A program made the position numbers and the translations under genes. From contig OX442314.1 of assembly GCA_949358305.1 (NCBI GenBank), forward strand, positions 21,700,001 to 21,764,000: 64,000 nucleotides of DNA, read 5' to 3'. Positions 32,484-46,600 of this stretch are shown here, in pieces. Numbering within the stretch: position 1 is the first letter of the stretch; each line of letters starts with the position of its first letter. This stretch comes from Strigamia acuminata (taxonomy: Eukaryota). The notes under the pieces are model-generated. The model was given only the letters and a program-made list of their open reading frames with translations, was not told where the DNA came from and made no database searches.

Positions 32484-35400
32484 TTTAACAATCTTGAATC
32501 GTACAAGTTGGAACTAGTGCGGTACTGTGGAGAGAGAAAGACGAAAACAATGTACTAAGACTAAATGTACTAAATCCAACGGAAGTCTTATTCGAGCAAC
32601 AAATGCTGTGTGCGTGACATTTAAAATCGGAGTGGACGATTTAAGGTAGTCGACATTACGCCAGAGCCAAATGAAAAAGAATCAGCTCAATCACGAGTTC
32701 CCATGACAACGCCAAGAGCCGGTTTGTTGCTACGCGATAACGCCGTCACTTCCAAGTGATTCAATACCCTTAAAGATGGAAGAAATGTGAGCGCTTGCCT
32801 CTGTGTCAACAGTAATTAATTAATTAATTAAAAAACCAAAAACAAAACAAAAATTTCTAAAATTATCTATATATATATATAATTACGGAGTATTTTTTTT
32901 TTAGGGTACAAATGAACTGAAGATTTATTTTCAATATTTTCAGAGTCGATATATTCGATTTCAAGCGATAATTCTTAATTTTATGACTTTCTTTATACCA
33001 AAATTCCTTTAAATGTGTTTCCGATGATGCATGGCAGTTGTCAAGGAAACAACAATTTCACTTATCAATTGCAGCTGGCAGAGAGGAATTCTATAACCTC
33101 GGTTAAATACATTTGACTAATAATTTATCCAATCGCTTATAACACCTGCGAACAGGCGTAATTATGTTAACATAAAAAGAAATATTAATTTTTTTTAATT
33201 AAACCTTAAATCCTCCGATTAAAAAAGCAAAAATTTAATTCGTGCTTACCTTAGGAATAAAACTATTGACTCGTTTACTTGATTAAATAGGATGTAATCG
33301 TTGCGCGTATTTGAAATTTTTTTTAATTAAGAGTAGAAATCCAAGAACTTGAGTAATAGTAGGAACAAGAGATGTGAAAAATTTTCTTGTACCAGAATTC
33401 TTCAAAGGTGCACAAAAAATTTGTGGGTGCTTGAAGGGTTCTGGAACCCTGACCGCACTTCTAAAAAAAAAAAAAATCACAATTTAAAAAATAAAATAAA
33501 ATAAAATTACAATTAATTTCACTAATTTTCATTCATCTAGAGTGAAGATAAAAGTAAAGGACGAGGCATGGCTGACAATTGAAGGGTTCTTTCTTCCAAC
33601 CAATCAATAAATAGGCTCAGTCCATATTTAAACGTAAAACAGGTGAGATTGGTTGTTTTTTTCTTTTTTGTTATTGCAAAAATAAAAAAATAAAACTGGA
33701 CAATAAAAAAATGTTCGCGATATAATTCATAAATAAATCAAATTCATAAATAAATTGTATTAAACATGGTTATCACGTTTAACCCACATTAGTTAAAGGA
33801 AACACAATTTTATTGATCTTTTACACCCCAACGCAAATCTCCGAGGCATTTCTGAGGTGGATTAATGTGAGAAAATGCTACTTTTTATGTGTAAAATTGC
33901 ACCGGTATGTTTTAATTTGTGTTTGGGATCTAATTCCTAATGATCTCAAATGAAGGGTTTAAGAGATTAGTGGTATTGATGGCAAGTGGACTTTCATGAG
34001 CTACGAATGCCAGTTCGGCAAATAAAAAGGTTATCAGATAAAGGGTCAAGAGTGATATGCAAATGGGAGGTTTTCAATTAAAAACCGACAAACATTTGAC
34101 CCATTTGGATGAAAAATTGTTTCAAATATATTTTCCGTGCTCGTATCTTGCTTTACTATAAAGAAATTCAAGGCTAAAGCAACATATGCACATTATGAAC
34201 ATCTGTTAATGTGTATAATAGTGTATTTAAAAAAAAACTCTTTCGATTTTATCGATAATTTAAATGATAGGGTTATCCTGGAACTGTTTTGTCTTAATCA
34301 ATATGAACTTTAGTGTTTGGATTTCCCAAATTGTGACAGAAAAACCACGAGTGCGTAATCAGAATGCCCAGATTTTCATATCTTACTGTGAGTTTGAGCG
34401 ATTTGTCATTCTAATCTTTAATAAAAATAAAGGATGACATCGATAACTCGTTTTTTTGACAAAGTTATCATCTCATTTCCTGCTAGCAAACATCAACGTT
34501 GATTCTGCTCGGTTGAGATATATTTTAATCAAAATAAAGGAAAATTTGTATTTAATCAATCACCACAAAAATTACAAAATTACAAAAAAATACAAAAAAA
34601 AGATCATCGAATTTATATTTTTATTTTTCGACGTATTTTTCTGTTCGTATTAAGTAAATTAAAAAATATATATATTCACCTAGAGCAGTCTTCTGTTGAA
34701 AATGTCACAACATGCTGACTGCTTGCATAGTTCACAGACTGTAAAGTTGAAGTAAATAAATTACAAAAAAAGAAAGGAAAAAAAATATTCATAAATATAA
34801 AATCCACACTGGATAAAATACCACATATGCACACATTTAAAACCAAATTCTAGCTGGGTGTACAAAAAAAACTGCAGAGAAAAAAGGGGACACAAAACCC
34901 CCACTTTGCCGTACACCACTGCGACATTTTCTCTTCGCTCATCGCAAACACGCAACAAAACGAGGAAAACACGAACATTTCGACTTTTTACTCACTTTTA
35001 GTGACCATAATTCCGATTATCCTTTTCACCCGGTGGTGAAAACGGGACAAATGCGTTATTTCACTCAGTTACCCCGAAAGAATTAAGCCAGTGTATGCAG
35101 CTCGACAACTTGTACTATTCCAATATGGCCACCGGGACCTGAAAAATCAATATTTGTAAGAGGGAGATGGTAACCAGTAGCAACCCTGCGTAAACTTGGG
35201 ACACAATGCAATTCGGTACTGGATAGATGCTTGGCGTGACTCAGTGCGATATTTTTCCCAATTGCAGGAAATAGTAATTTTTTTTTCTCTCTACAGGTAT
35301 CGTGATATAGCTTTAAATGTTTCCATAGGAAATTCACGAAAAGTTTATGCGTGTAATTATGTTGTTGTTGTATAGTTTTTTCGATTGAATGTTCAGTTGA

Positions 35401-36951
35401 TGCTTGTTTTGTTTAATTTCAAGATTGAAAATGATAAAAATTACAACATTGCGTTTAATTTTTCTATAATTTCTAGTCGAATTCCTTTAATTTTGCACTA
35501 ATTTGTTAAATTGTGTGTCTCGTTCAACGGAAATCCGTGTCTGTTGCAGTTGCACTACAGACCGTGAAATGACTTGTTTTTATATTTTAATTTATTTGAT
35601 TAAATCATCCGACTATAACCGACATTCAATTTTACATAATTGGTGCAAAAATAGGCCCCGAAAGTTCTCTTTAATCGGTTTTCAACACTCGAAAATGTAA
35701 AAAGTTTAAACAACTTGTCATTTGGCATGAAACTCTATTAATTGTTTTCCAGTTTGTCATCCACCTGCACACACCTGCTGAATATTTTAAATTTATCTTT
35801 CAGTTGCAGATGTGAAAAACATAAATCCAATAAAAAAAAGGATAATAAATTAGAAAATTAAAAATTTATGATAATGATTGTATAATTCATGTAAAACATA
35901 AATTTAAAAACAGCAAATAATTAAAAAAAAAAATTCATTCCATCCAATTATTGCACAATTTGCAGAACAATCGTCAAAAACTCGATGCAAAAGTGAAGAT
36001 AAATAGTAAATAGGAAATTGGAATGAAAGATGAGAAGGTTTAGCAGGAAATAGGGACCAACAAAGGAATAGAGAGGAAATTATTCATTACTAGTGGTAAA
36101 TATAGAAGAAATTGATGAAAAGGGGGGATCAAGCTCTGCACGTGCGTGGGGAAGTCTAAAGAAGGGCAGAAGAAGAATAGAGTACTCAAGTAAGCAGGAA
36201 ATGAGAAAATCATAACCTCGTATGAATTTAAACACGAACTCAATCCCCAAGTATATTTACTAGTAATTATAATTTTATTTATTAACTGTTTTGACATTTA
36301 ATTTTAATCATTTGTTTGCAGCGCCATTGAATAGTCCTAAACAGAAAAAATTCACTTCATTTTTTAAAAAGAAAATTCAAATGTAATAAGAAACTTGTAA
36401 CCCAACACTTCTTCCTGCTTCCTCAAACACTGCGGTATTTTTTTTTTTGTTATCATTCCCCCACACATTTAAAGTTTAAAACTTCATCACATCAGCAGCC
36501 CACAAGGAGTACCTAATCTAAACCAGGTCAGATATTTAGATACGATACGACCGATCCAAACTACGGCTGACGTTAAAACTTCTGATTACCTTAATCTCGA
36601 TGTTTAAACGCGACCTGACCAGCAATCGCGATTCATTTCTATCTCCTAAAACGTTAAATTACCGTTAACGACCATAAAAGGCCAGTTAAAACTTGTTTTA
36701 ATCATTTAAAACCCGCATCGTCACCATCATCTTTTGTTCCCGGCCGGATTAAATAGAGAAGCGGAAATTTGGCGCCAATTTCCTCTGACGTCATCCAAAT
36801 ACCCACCCGCTATTGGTCAACCGCACCCACGTGGTCTCCAGGTGAAAGAATTTTATCAATTTTGAAGGCGGTTTCCCTCTCCCGCAACCGAGGTCAACTA
36901 AGTGCTTTTAAACCTTTTGCTTTTGACCAAACGTCAACCATCATCACAGAC

Positions 36952-39900
36952 ATGACGTCGCACATCAAAGGGTCGGAAGTCTACCTACTTCCGCAAAGGC
37001 TTCATTTTATGGAATCCCCTAGAAGTTCATTATCGTTGTCAGTTATTTCGGACACGACCAGCTCCACGCTGTTTTCGTCCGCGGTCGATTTTGACGACTC
37101 GTTCAACGCAAGTAGCGAGGAAATGGTTCACAGTCCGCTCACCCGGATACGAAGCCCGAGAAAGATGCGGCCCCGATCCAGGATGCGCTTCGATGAAGAC
37201 CGGGCAAGTGTGATTTCTGGCGACGGCAACAGCCCGCCATATAAACGTGTTCGTGCGCTTAATTTGTTCGATTCGCCGCAAAGTCCGAAAAGTTTGTTGC
37301 AAAGTTCAGTGGAAAACGGCTCGTTTTCCGACATAAAAACACCTGTGAGATCGTCGATTCGGGGCCGGCTTTTTACGAATGGCGACAGTGGAAATACATC
37401 GAATCCACCACGAGCGAGAGCCAATATAAATCCATTCACACCGACTGCGATGATGGCGAGTGGCTGCAAAAGGCCTAGGTCGGCTAATTCCAAGTTTAAT
37501 GTGTCTGGGTATGTCGTTGTTTTTTATTTAAATTGCCATTTTTTTATGTATTTTTTTGGTTTTTTTGAGTTTGCAACGAGTGACATTTGTTTTAAAATGT
37601 ATTTTGGGTTTTCGGGTTTTATTTGCTCATTTTGTGGTGTATTTTAGTGGGAATTGATGTCGAGATTAAGAAAATGGGAGTGAAAAAAGCGGGCACGGAC
37701 GAGTCATGCTTACGTGACTCATCGGCCAACCGTTTTTTTTTATTTGAAATAATTGACATTTACGTCAGAAAATCTCGACTCGTGTAAATACATTTTGTTT
37801 ATTTGGGGTTTTTAAATGACGTCACAAGTGCGCGACAATTGATTTCACTCCGCCCATTTCTTCTTGTAGTCAATCACCGCCATGTCTCTTTTACAAAGGA
37901 GCAATGGCGGCGAATTGGGGACGGAGAAAATTGACCCAAAAAAATCATGGAAAAAAAAAAAGGAAATGAAATCAACAGAATTCGGGCAGAAAACGGTTGA
38001 ATTAAATTTGATAAATATTCAAATTAGGAATATTAATATTTCCCGCTGGATGATTCACCACAAACGGCGGGAACTCGAAATGGGTCAAATTCAAATGCGA
38101 AATAGATTTTCCTCCCTGATAGTCAACTTGACCTTGTAACTAATATTCCGTTACCTGGCAACGTGATAACGTTTCCCCTTCTACACGCATGACAGCGGCA
38201 TCGTCCAGGAATTCCCATGAGATCTCATCTCTTATTTTACACTCGGATAAACGTGAAAACAGTTCGAAATTAAAAATGAAAAACGGTTAAAACAACCTGA
38301 GACAAACCCGGCACCTTGTGGCAAAGCCGCAAGCTGCCGAGTTTCCCACAACACTTTTAAAACCCAAAAAAATATCTAAAATTAAAATAGAAAAAGCAAA
38401 TTATAGTGCAAAGCTAACCCTTAATGTACCTTACATTACACCACACCTGGTCGGCCTATTTCACAACAAGTTGAAGCAGATGTTTCGCAACACCTGGCTG
38501 TTTCTTTTCCTATTTATTATGTTTTTTTTTTTACATTCGAGACAGCCAGGTGTGTTGTGATAAAGGAAACATTAAATCGGATCAAATAGAAATTAAATTT
38601 TCTTTTTTTTGTTATTTTTTTTTTAGTGACAATTTCAACAACAGCGTGGAAGATTTCGAGGAATTTTATGACGATGATCCCGACGACATGCCGACGAAGA
38701 AAATCATTCTTTCTGATAGCAATATATCGCGTTATCAGGAGGAATTCCACGAATTGTGTCTAATCGGAAGTGGCGAGTTCGGAAGCGTGTACAAATGCAT
38801 CAACCGCTTGGACGGTTGTATTTATGCTTTGAAAAAATCACTGCAGCCTATTTCGGGATGTATGGACGAGTAAGTGTCTAATTGTGCCCGCTCGTAATCA
38901 TTAAAACAGTTTTGTAACTAATTTTACGAAGTTCTAAAATTAAATTTAGGCAAACGGCGTTGAACGAAGTTTATGCACACGCGGTGCTTGGAAAACATCA
39001 ACATGTAGTGAGATATTACTCGGCGTGGGCGGAGGAAAACAGAATGGTTATACAAAACGAATATTGTAATGGTAAGTTAATCGAATTTTTTGAGATGATT
39101 ATTAATTAATGCGACTAAAATGTATGTTTTTTTGGTTCTAGGCGGGAGTTTAGCCGATGCCATTGCCGAAAACGAGAGAATCGGGCGGAATTTCAGTGAA
39201 AACGAATTGAAAACGATACTGTTGCACATATCGCAGGGTTTACAATACATCCATTCAAACTGTCTAGCGCACTTAGATATCAAACCCGGTGAGTTAAATT
39301 AATTGTTTGAAAAAATTGATTTTGGTTTGTGTTATAACGAGATTTTTTTTTTTCTTTTACCGTTAATTCAGGTAATATCTTTATATCTCGCAATATGATA
39401 CCTCGGTTCAGTAAGGGTGAACAAGACGATGGGTTCGGCGAAGACGAAGAGTGCGGTGATTCGGTTACCTACAAAATTGGCGATTTGGGCCACGTTACGT
39501 CCGTAACGAACTCCCAAGTAGAGGAAGGAGATTGCCGCTATTTACCATGCGAGATTCTGCAGGACAATCACGATCATTTACCTAAAGCGGACGTGTTTGC
39601 TCTCGGGCTGACGATATACGAAGCGGTAAGTGCGTCGACACTTAACGGACCAATAAAACGTGGCGCTTAAACCTTTTACTTGATTATCTACAGGGAGGCG
39701 GCGGGCCGTTACCAAAGAACGGAGACGAGTGGCACAACATCCGAAATGGACAATTACCAGTGCTTGAACGATATAGTCCAGACTTGAATGCACTGCTAAG
39801 AGTGAGATTACGATATAACAATTATTATTTAAATGGTGATAATAAATTTATTTGGTTTTACTTAAATTTTGTAGGAAATGGTTCAAATTGATCCCACCCA

Positions 39901-40199
39901 AAGACCGTCGGCCGCTAGTTTAAGCAATCACCGTGTTTTGTGTCCGTCTGCTAACAAGTCCAAGGCGCAACTAAGAAGAGAACTTAATGCAGAGAGGTTA
40001 AAAAACGAACAGTTAGTAAGGTAATTTAAAAAAAATGAAATTAATGTTTAAGATCAAAATTTACCTATTTTTTTGTTTAAATTGCAGGCAACTTCGCGAG
40101 GCATCGAGATCACTAGCAGGCCTCACTCCACCAATCCTAAATTCGCACCGTAGAGTTGGATGTAAAGTCAACAGGAGTCACAGTGTGACAAATTTTTAA
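36952..40199 (+). CDS. Wee1: Wee1 kinase (exons 36952-37508, 38627-38869, 38950-39071, 39142-39288, 39372-39626, 39694-39801, 39875-40020, 40088-40199)
   Basis: Wee box [48 protein letters not shown], and a C-terminal coiled coil ending RSHSVTNF. Confidence 0.96.
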
Positions 40200-40679
40200 T
40201 TTTTTTAGTTTTTAAAATAATACGTGGACAAAAAACAATTGTGATCTGTTAGAAAAATCTTACCTCTTAAAAGTTAGCCAATGATGCTCAACTTTATATA
40301 TTTTTTATTTTTATAGTCTAACATCAATTAGATCGCTTTAACCCCGCCAAAAAAAAAAAAAAAAACTTTTAAAAAAATTGTGAGATTACATAAAACTATC
40401 GCATGTAAATTTGTAATGTAATTAAAAAATGATGTAATCTTTTGTTATATTGTATAAGAATAAAATGTCATTTTATGCACAAACGATGCTTTCTCATTAA
40501 ATGGCACTAATTTAATAGCCTAGTTTTACAATATAATCATCTTATTTACATCGTATTATAAAACAATTTGGCACAAACTTAAAAATTAAAATTAAAATGA
40601 ATGAATGCTGTTATAGCTTAAAACAAACGTGAATATGGCAGCATTTGATGAAATCCCGTGACATTTACAAGTTTAAAAT

Positions 40680-43600
40680 TCACATTGGTGGTCTTAAACG
40701 GCGTCGTAATTCGAGATGTGGCCGAAAAAGCTCATCAATAGAATAATACCAAGAAGTAACTCGATTGCAACAATGCGAGGCCTGGGACCCAGGAAAAAAT
40801 GCAATGAGAAGACTGAAAATGGCAGCTAAAAAGAGAATTCCACCGATGGTGTACCGAACACCGTGCACCAAGTGTTCATCGTTCACCCATTGCGACACAT
40901 TCAGTAAATTTGCGGCTGAATCGGCAATGCTGCTCCTAATTCAATAAGTCGACTTAATATTTTCAACCTCACACAAACCAATTAACTTACGGCCTAAATC
41001 TATTTGGATACGCCGGCCTGCCGACGTCTTCCTCCTCCTCCTCGTCTACATCTTCGTCCGACGAAGGTTCCGCGCGATAATCGGTAATGAGCCAATTATT
41101 TGGATTATTCGATCCATTGCTTAAGACACATTCCATCTTTGAGCTTAAATTGATGTAAAAAATAGCTATAGTTTAATTTTTCGCATTTTTATGATGATTA
41201 TACTTTGGGTCGACTGCATCGGAATCGATGACGGTATTGCCGGATCCGAATACGGAATCCGAGATAATCGAATTGTCACCATCGGGTGATGGTAATTTAA
41301 TTAGTTCGGAGTTTTTCGATATGCTCAACTCTCGTTTGGAACTTCGTCGCGATGTTGGTAAACGTTTGGGTCGGTGTAGATGTTCGTCTTCGCTATGTTC
41401 GACACTACTGCTACTATTTAGAAATTTAGATGATTAGCGTTTGATTATTCGTGTTTAGTCGGTCTGATTCATTTATAGTTTACCTAGGAATTAATAAATC
41501 GTCAGATGCGGGTCTTTTGACAACTTTATCATGATCGGAAGAAAAAGATGATCGAAGGTTGTAATAAAGAGAACAACGTCGACTACCGATATTGCAAACT
41601 GAACTGCGAGAAGTGTTGACAAAGTTTATAAATTTCGAGTTTCCGTCCTGTAAATTACGAGAGAAATTTTAAAAAACTTATAAAAGGAAATAATGACGAA
41701 AGATACAGAATATTAAAATAATTTCACTATTTTTTACCTTAATTCTTATCATGGCTTTTTTTGCCAGGCTATGCATGAAACAATAAAGTAATGCGTTTCA
41801 AAATAGATCGTTTTAAGATAATTTGCCCCTCCAAAATAAAATGATAAAAAATAAATAAATAAATAAACAAATCTTACCAAACGTTCTGACGAACTTCTGG
41901 GTAAAGCAGCAATACTAGCTCTACGCTTAGATGCCTTAATTAATTAAAACATAAAATAAAATATAAAAATAAAATAAAATAAACTCAAGAATGCGTTCAT
42001 TTCATAAAATAAAATAAAGCAAAATATTTAACAATATCCCACTGAAAACATTAATACTCATACCTGTTTGCCGACACAGGTATTTGTCATGGAGTATGAG
42101 CGGAGATTGCGCCTGGTTTCTTCATTTTCGCTTCCATCTTCCGATAATAAATTATTTTCCACAAGAATTCTCCTATTTCTCAACAAAATACAATTAAACA
42201 TTATATTTTTATACATAAACCCACCAAAACAAACCTCATTTCTTCAAAATCGGTTGCACTTTTCTCTTGAGTTCGTTTCAAATTCTCGACGTACAGCAAC
42301 ATCACTTCAATAGCGCGATTTGTCCGATCCTCCTACATAATAACAATAAAACGCTTAAAAACAAAGCAAATTTAATTATAAATTTTTATCTCACTTGCTG
42401 AACCGCTCCATAAACCTCAGCACGACTACTCATCCGTGTCGTACTTTGATGCAGAACGTCCAAATGATGATGAAGTCGTTTGACGATTTCACGAGTTTCT
42501 TGATCGTTGCATAGCTGGCTCAAAGCCTATTATTAAATTTGAAACAAAAAATAATAATAATAATAATAAACCAAAAATCACCAAATTAAAAAAATATATT
42601 TACATTAAGGTTCTCTTTGAGCGCGATCACTTCCTCTTCAATATTTTTCTCAGCAATATCCCTTTGTCGTTGATGCAAATCGAGTCGATTGGTAAGCGTG
42701 AATTTATCAGTTCGAAAAGCGAGAAGCAAACTGTGAAATTTTGCCTACAAATAATTAAATCAAGTTAAAACATTAAAAAAATATATATATATATATAACA
42801 TAAATTTTTTTTAAGAGCATCTCACAAAATCAGCCATTCTAATTACACCGAGTGATGTATGAAGAACTAAAACCGCCGATTTCAATACAAAAATCAATGC
42901 AAGTCAGAATTTAGCAATTGAATTTAATCAGACTCAGAGCAAAGATCAGGGCTACATTTTATTGTTAAGATAAAAATAAAAATTGAGAAAAAGAAAAATA
43001 TATATAATTAAAATAGCTGGTTATTATTCCGCACATAATAGATAAAATAAAACAATTTTATTGCGCTTACCTCAACATCTTTTTCCGTCAACCTCTCAAT
43101 TCTAAAAATATAAAAAAAAAACAATTACTCAAATCAGTTAGTTTAAATAAAAATACAAAATAGCAAAGTAATTGTGCACAATTAATAATTTCCAAGTCCC
43201 ACCTATGTCGCTGAAGCGCTTGGACCACATCAAACACAGAATTCATTTGTCTAACTCAAATAAATACCAGAACATCTGCATTAGGTTTTGGTGCAGCTCT
43301 TCGCTCGACACGCTAGCTTTACGTTACTCTAAATCGATATACACGAGCCAACAGTCAAATAAACGACGTGACTTCAGTTTTAAAGCCAATAAACACAAAT
43401 TAAAAAATTTAAATAACCATTCTTGATAATGTTTAAATATTTCATTTTTAACAGGAAAAAAATCCTTTGCCAACATTTCGTATTATTAATTTCATGTTTA
43501 ATGCTCTAGTGGCTTCCTTTTAATATCTGGTTATATGATGAGCGAAAAAAGATTATATTTATAGAATTAATTTTTTATTTGCCTTCAAAAATCTATACAT

Positions 43601-46600
43601 TTTTAAATTAGAAATAAGATTTGAAAAGGCAATTTAAGAAACCAGGCGCCCCCTCCCTAAGTATATTTATTTTCTTAGTGAAAACTAAATAAAGCCTCAT
43701 TTCGAGGTGAAACACGAGAATGAGTGAAATAAGTTTAAATAATAATACAAAATAATGAAATAATAACACTTAAATTATACAAATAATGTCACTGAACCAC
43801 ATTCTAACTGATAATTCATTTGACTAATATTTGTTTATCCAAAAAAAAGTCAAAACAAATAAACCTACTTGTCATTAGTTTTAGTCAATTGTAACAATTT
43901 CAAGAAATTGTCCGGTAAACTAGGAAAAGGTCCGTCGCCACACGGCGGTGGTGGATTCAAAACTTCATTCGAACTTGGAAGTTGTTCAGTCTCCGATTCA
44001 ATGCTACCACTGCCGTTCTTAGCCGACTCCGTTTCTGAATTCTCCATTAATTCTGGCATAAAGAGTCTATTTTTTTGAATTTCTCCAATCTTTCGCCGGA
44101 AACTTGGCTGTTAAATAAATAAAAAAAAAAAAAAAAAAATATCAAACAAAACTGGTTAATGTTCCGCGACTCGCTCACAATGTTTTTTTCCGCTAATAAG
44201 CAGAGATAAAAATATACATTATATAAAATAAACTTGCGACATCTTTACAATAAAGAATCGACTAAACCTTCCTCTTCCTGTTATATTTTTGTTTTTGTTT
44301 TATCAAAAATCTAATTCAAACCTAAAAATATGGATTTTTATAGTAAACTAACTTAACCTTCAAGGTCAAAACAAATCTCTCAAGTAATAAACAGATCATT
44401 TCTAACTTGCAATAAAGAGGCCAGTACCATTAAACATACATTAAACAACTTGTTCAAGTCATTAACAACGTGTGAAGAAACAATTCCCCGACCAAATAAT
44501 TTCTCCAACAATAAATGCCATGTATATTGATAATTTCCTCCACCGATTAAATCAAAGAACAAAATAAATTTCTTAACTAAACAGAAATAAAAAAAATATT
44601 TAAAAAAAAATATCAATCATTAGAGCCAAGTGCAATAAAATACTAATTCAACAAACACTCGTGTCTAAAGTACAAATTTCAACCGCTTGAAACCAAAATA
44701 TTTCAATTTTTTTAAAAAAAATTAAATTTAAAAATACAAAAATAAAAAAAATTGCAAAATTCTTCAACGCTGATAAAAAAATTAAAAAAAAAAAAGAAAA
44801 AAAACTAATAATAGAAATTCCATTAATAAATCAAGAGCGAAATGCGATATAAATTTGTCCATTACCTGGTGAGTCTCAAGTGATGACTTGGGACTCGTCG
44901 TGGTAATAAACTCAGGTGTTCCACCAAGTGGAGGCGGAGAGAACGTTTTCCTATTGGTCACTTGAGTCATTCCTTGTAGAATATCCTTTTTCACATCCAC
45001 ATCACTGTCATCCTAGTAAACAAAACAATGGCGAACAAGGTAAATCAAATTACTGCTCCTTTTACATAAAAAACTGCATTATATACTATTATCATCCGCC
45101 CAACGATTATTTAAGCATTGCGAAACAAACCGAGAAACTTTTCAAGAAATAAATTAATGTATTGTGCATTTTCTGTCTTTCTATTAAGCGGATGGAAATG
45201 ATTGATGAATTTATACAACTGCCATTGAAATTATTGCTAAAGCGAACAATTCATTACATGAAAATAATAAATGTTTTCTCTCAAAGTTTCCGCTTTGTGA
45301 ACATCGTTCTGGGTAAAAATGATTTTGAAATAACATGTGCAAACCACCCACTTTTCAAATCAAATGCATTCATCTGTCCCATAAGCCTCCGAATTCGCCC
45401 CGTCGTTTAATCTTTTTTGACACCAGACCCTCCCCAAGGCGTCTATTTAATCCCCGGTGTTTAATTGGACACAGGCTACTGCACGGACCAGGCCATAATT
45501 CGGAGCCGTATGGGAAAGTTGTCAAAAACGGATAAAATACTCCATAAAACATTTAAATGACTGATTGCTTACAACACCATGTGAAAACGACCATTTAAAC
45601 GTGGTTATTATCTCTAAAAATCAACCTTGAACACAAAATTAAAACAAATTTTTTCTTAAAAATTAAAAAAAAATAAAAATTCCAATTTTAATTTTTTTTT
45701 AAATTAAAAAAATAATTTTAACATCATAATATTAAAAAAAAAATACATAGAAAACAAAAACTTACTTTCATAAAAAATATACAAACCCCTCATTCAAAAT
45801 TGAAGCTTCACTATGATTGAAGTCAATGATTAAACCAAAGCTAAACAAACTCACCATTTAATTAAATATTAACAACTATTCTCCCGACTAATATTCATTT
45901 GAAAGCACGAAATCAATAACCAGCAGCATTATAAACTAATTTCTCAACTTGCAAACTAGGTCATGGAATTTTCTCAAATCTCGAGTCAACTCACCTTGCA
46001 CAACTTTTCACTTAAAACCCTAAATCCACCAATTTAATTCAAAATTGCCAACTTTACACAACCGAAAACACTCTCCCGCTAACCCATAACTCACAGTTTC
46101 GTCAGTCGAAGAGACATTCCTTCCATTACACCAATTACTGCAGCGTAATGTGTGCACTGCAGACATGTCTACACGGCACCTGTTTTTAAGTGTTCCCTAA
46201 AGTAGGACACACAGAAAACTGGTTGCGAGGAAGAGAAAAATACGCGAGGAAGTTGCGCATGATTCCAATGTCACCTTGTCATCAAAACACGACATTTACT
46301 CACCAATATTTCCATCACAAACGTCCCCCAACAAAAGAATTCGCGGAGATTCGCATTATGTCATAGTTCTAATCGTTTAGAAGAAAAAAAAAGCCAGAAC
46401 TTTTTGATTTATATTTACCATTTAAAACTAAAAATATTCCTCGTGATAAATGTCTACACTTAGTGCACTTTCGAGAGAGAGAAGGTAGTCATTCAAACTT
46501 CCAATGCTTAATGCTTAAACCAGATAATTCAATTCGCTTTAATTGACATAAATTGCATCAAATACGTCTAAATTTCATTTAACCTTCAAACTTCTTTCCC

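Noticed and set aside
32530..36700. Short ORFs between Syt1 and Wee1
   Set aside because: AT-rich, low-complexity translations. The region most likely holds Syt1 5' UTR exons/introns and divergent promoters.
36769..36951. N-terminal extension of Wee1 from the TTG in the ORF track
   Set aside because: The region looks like promoter/5' UTR (TGACGTCA, ATTGG, TTTGAA). The first ATG is at 36952.
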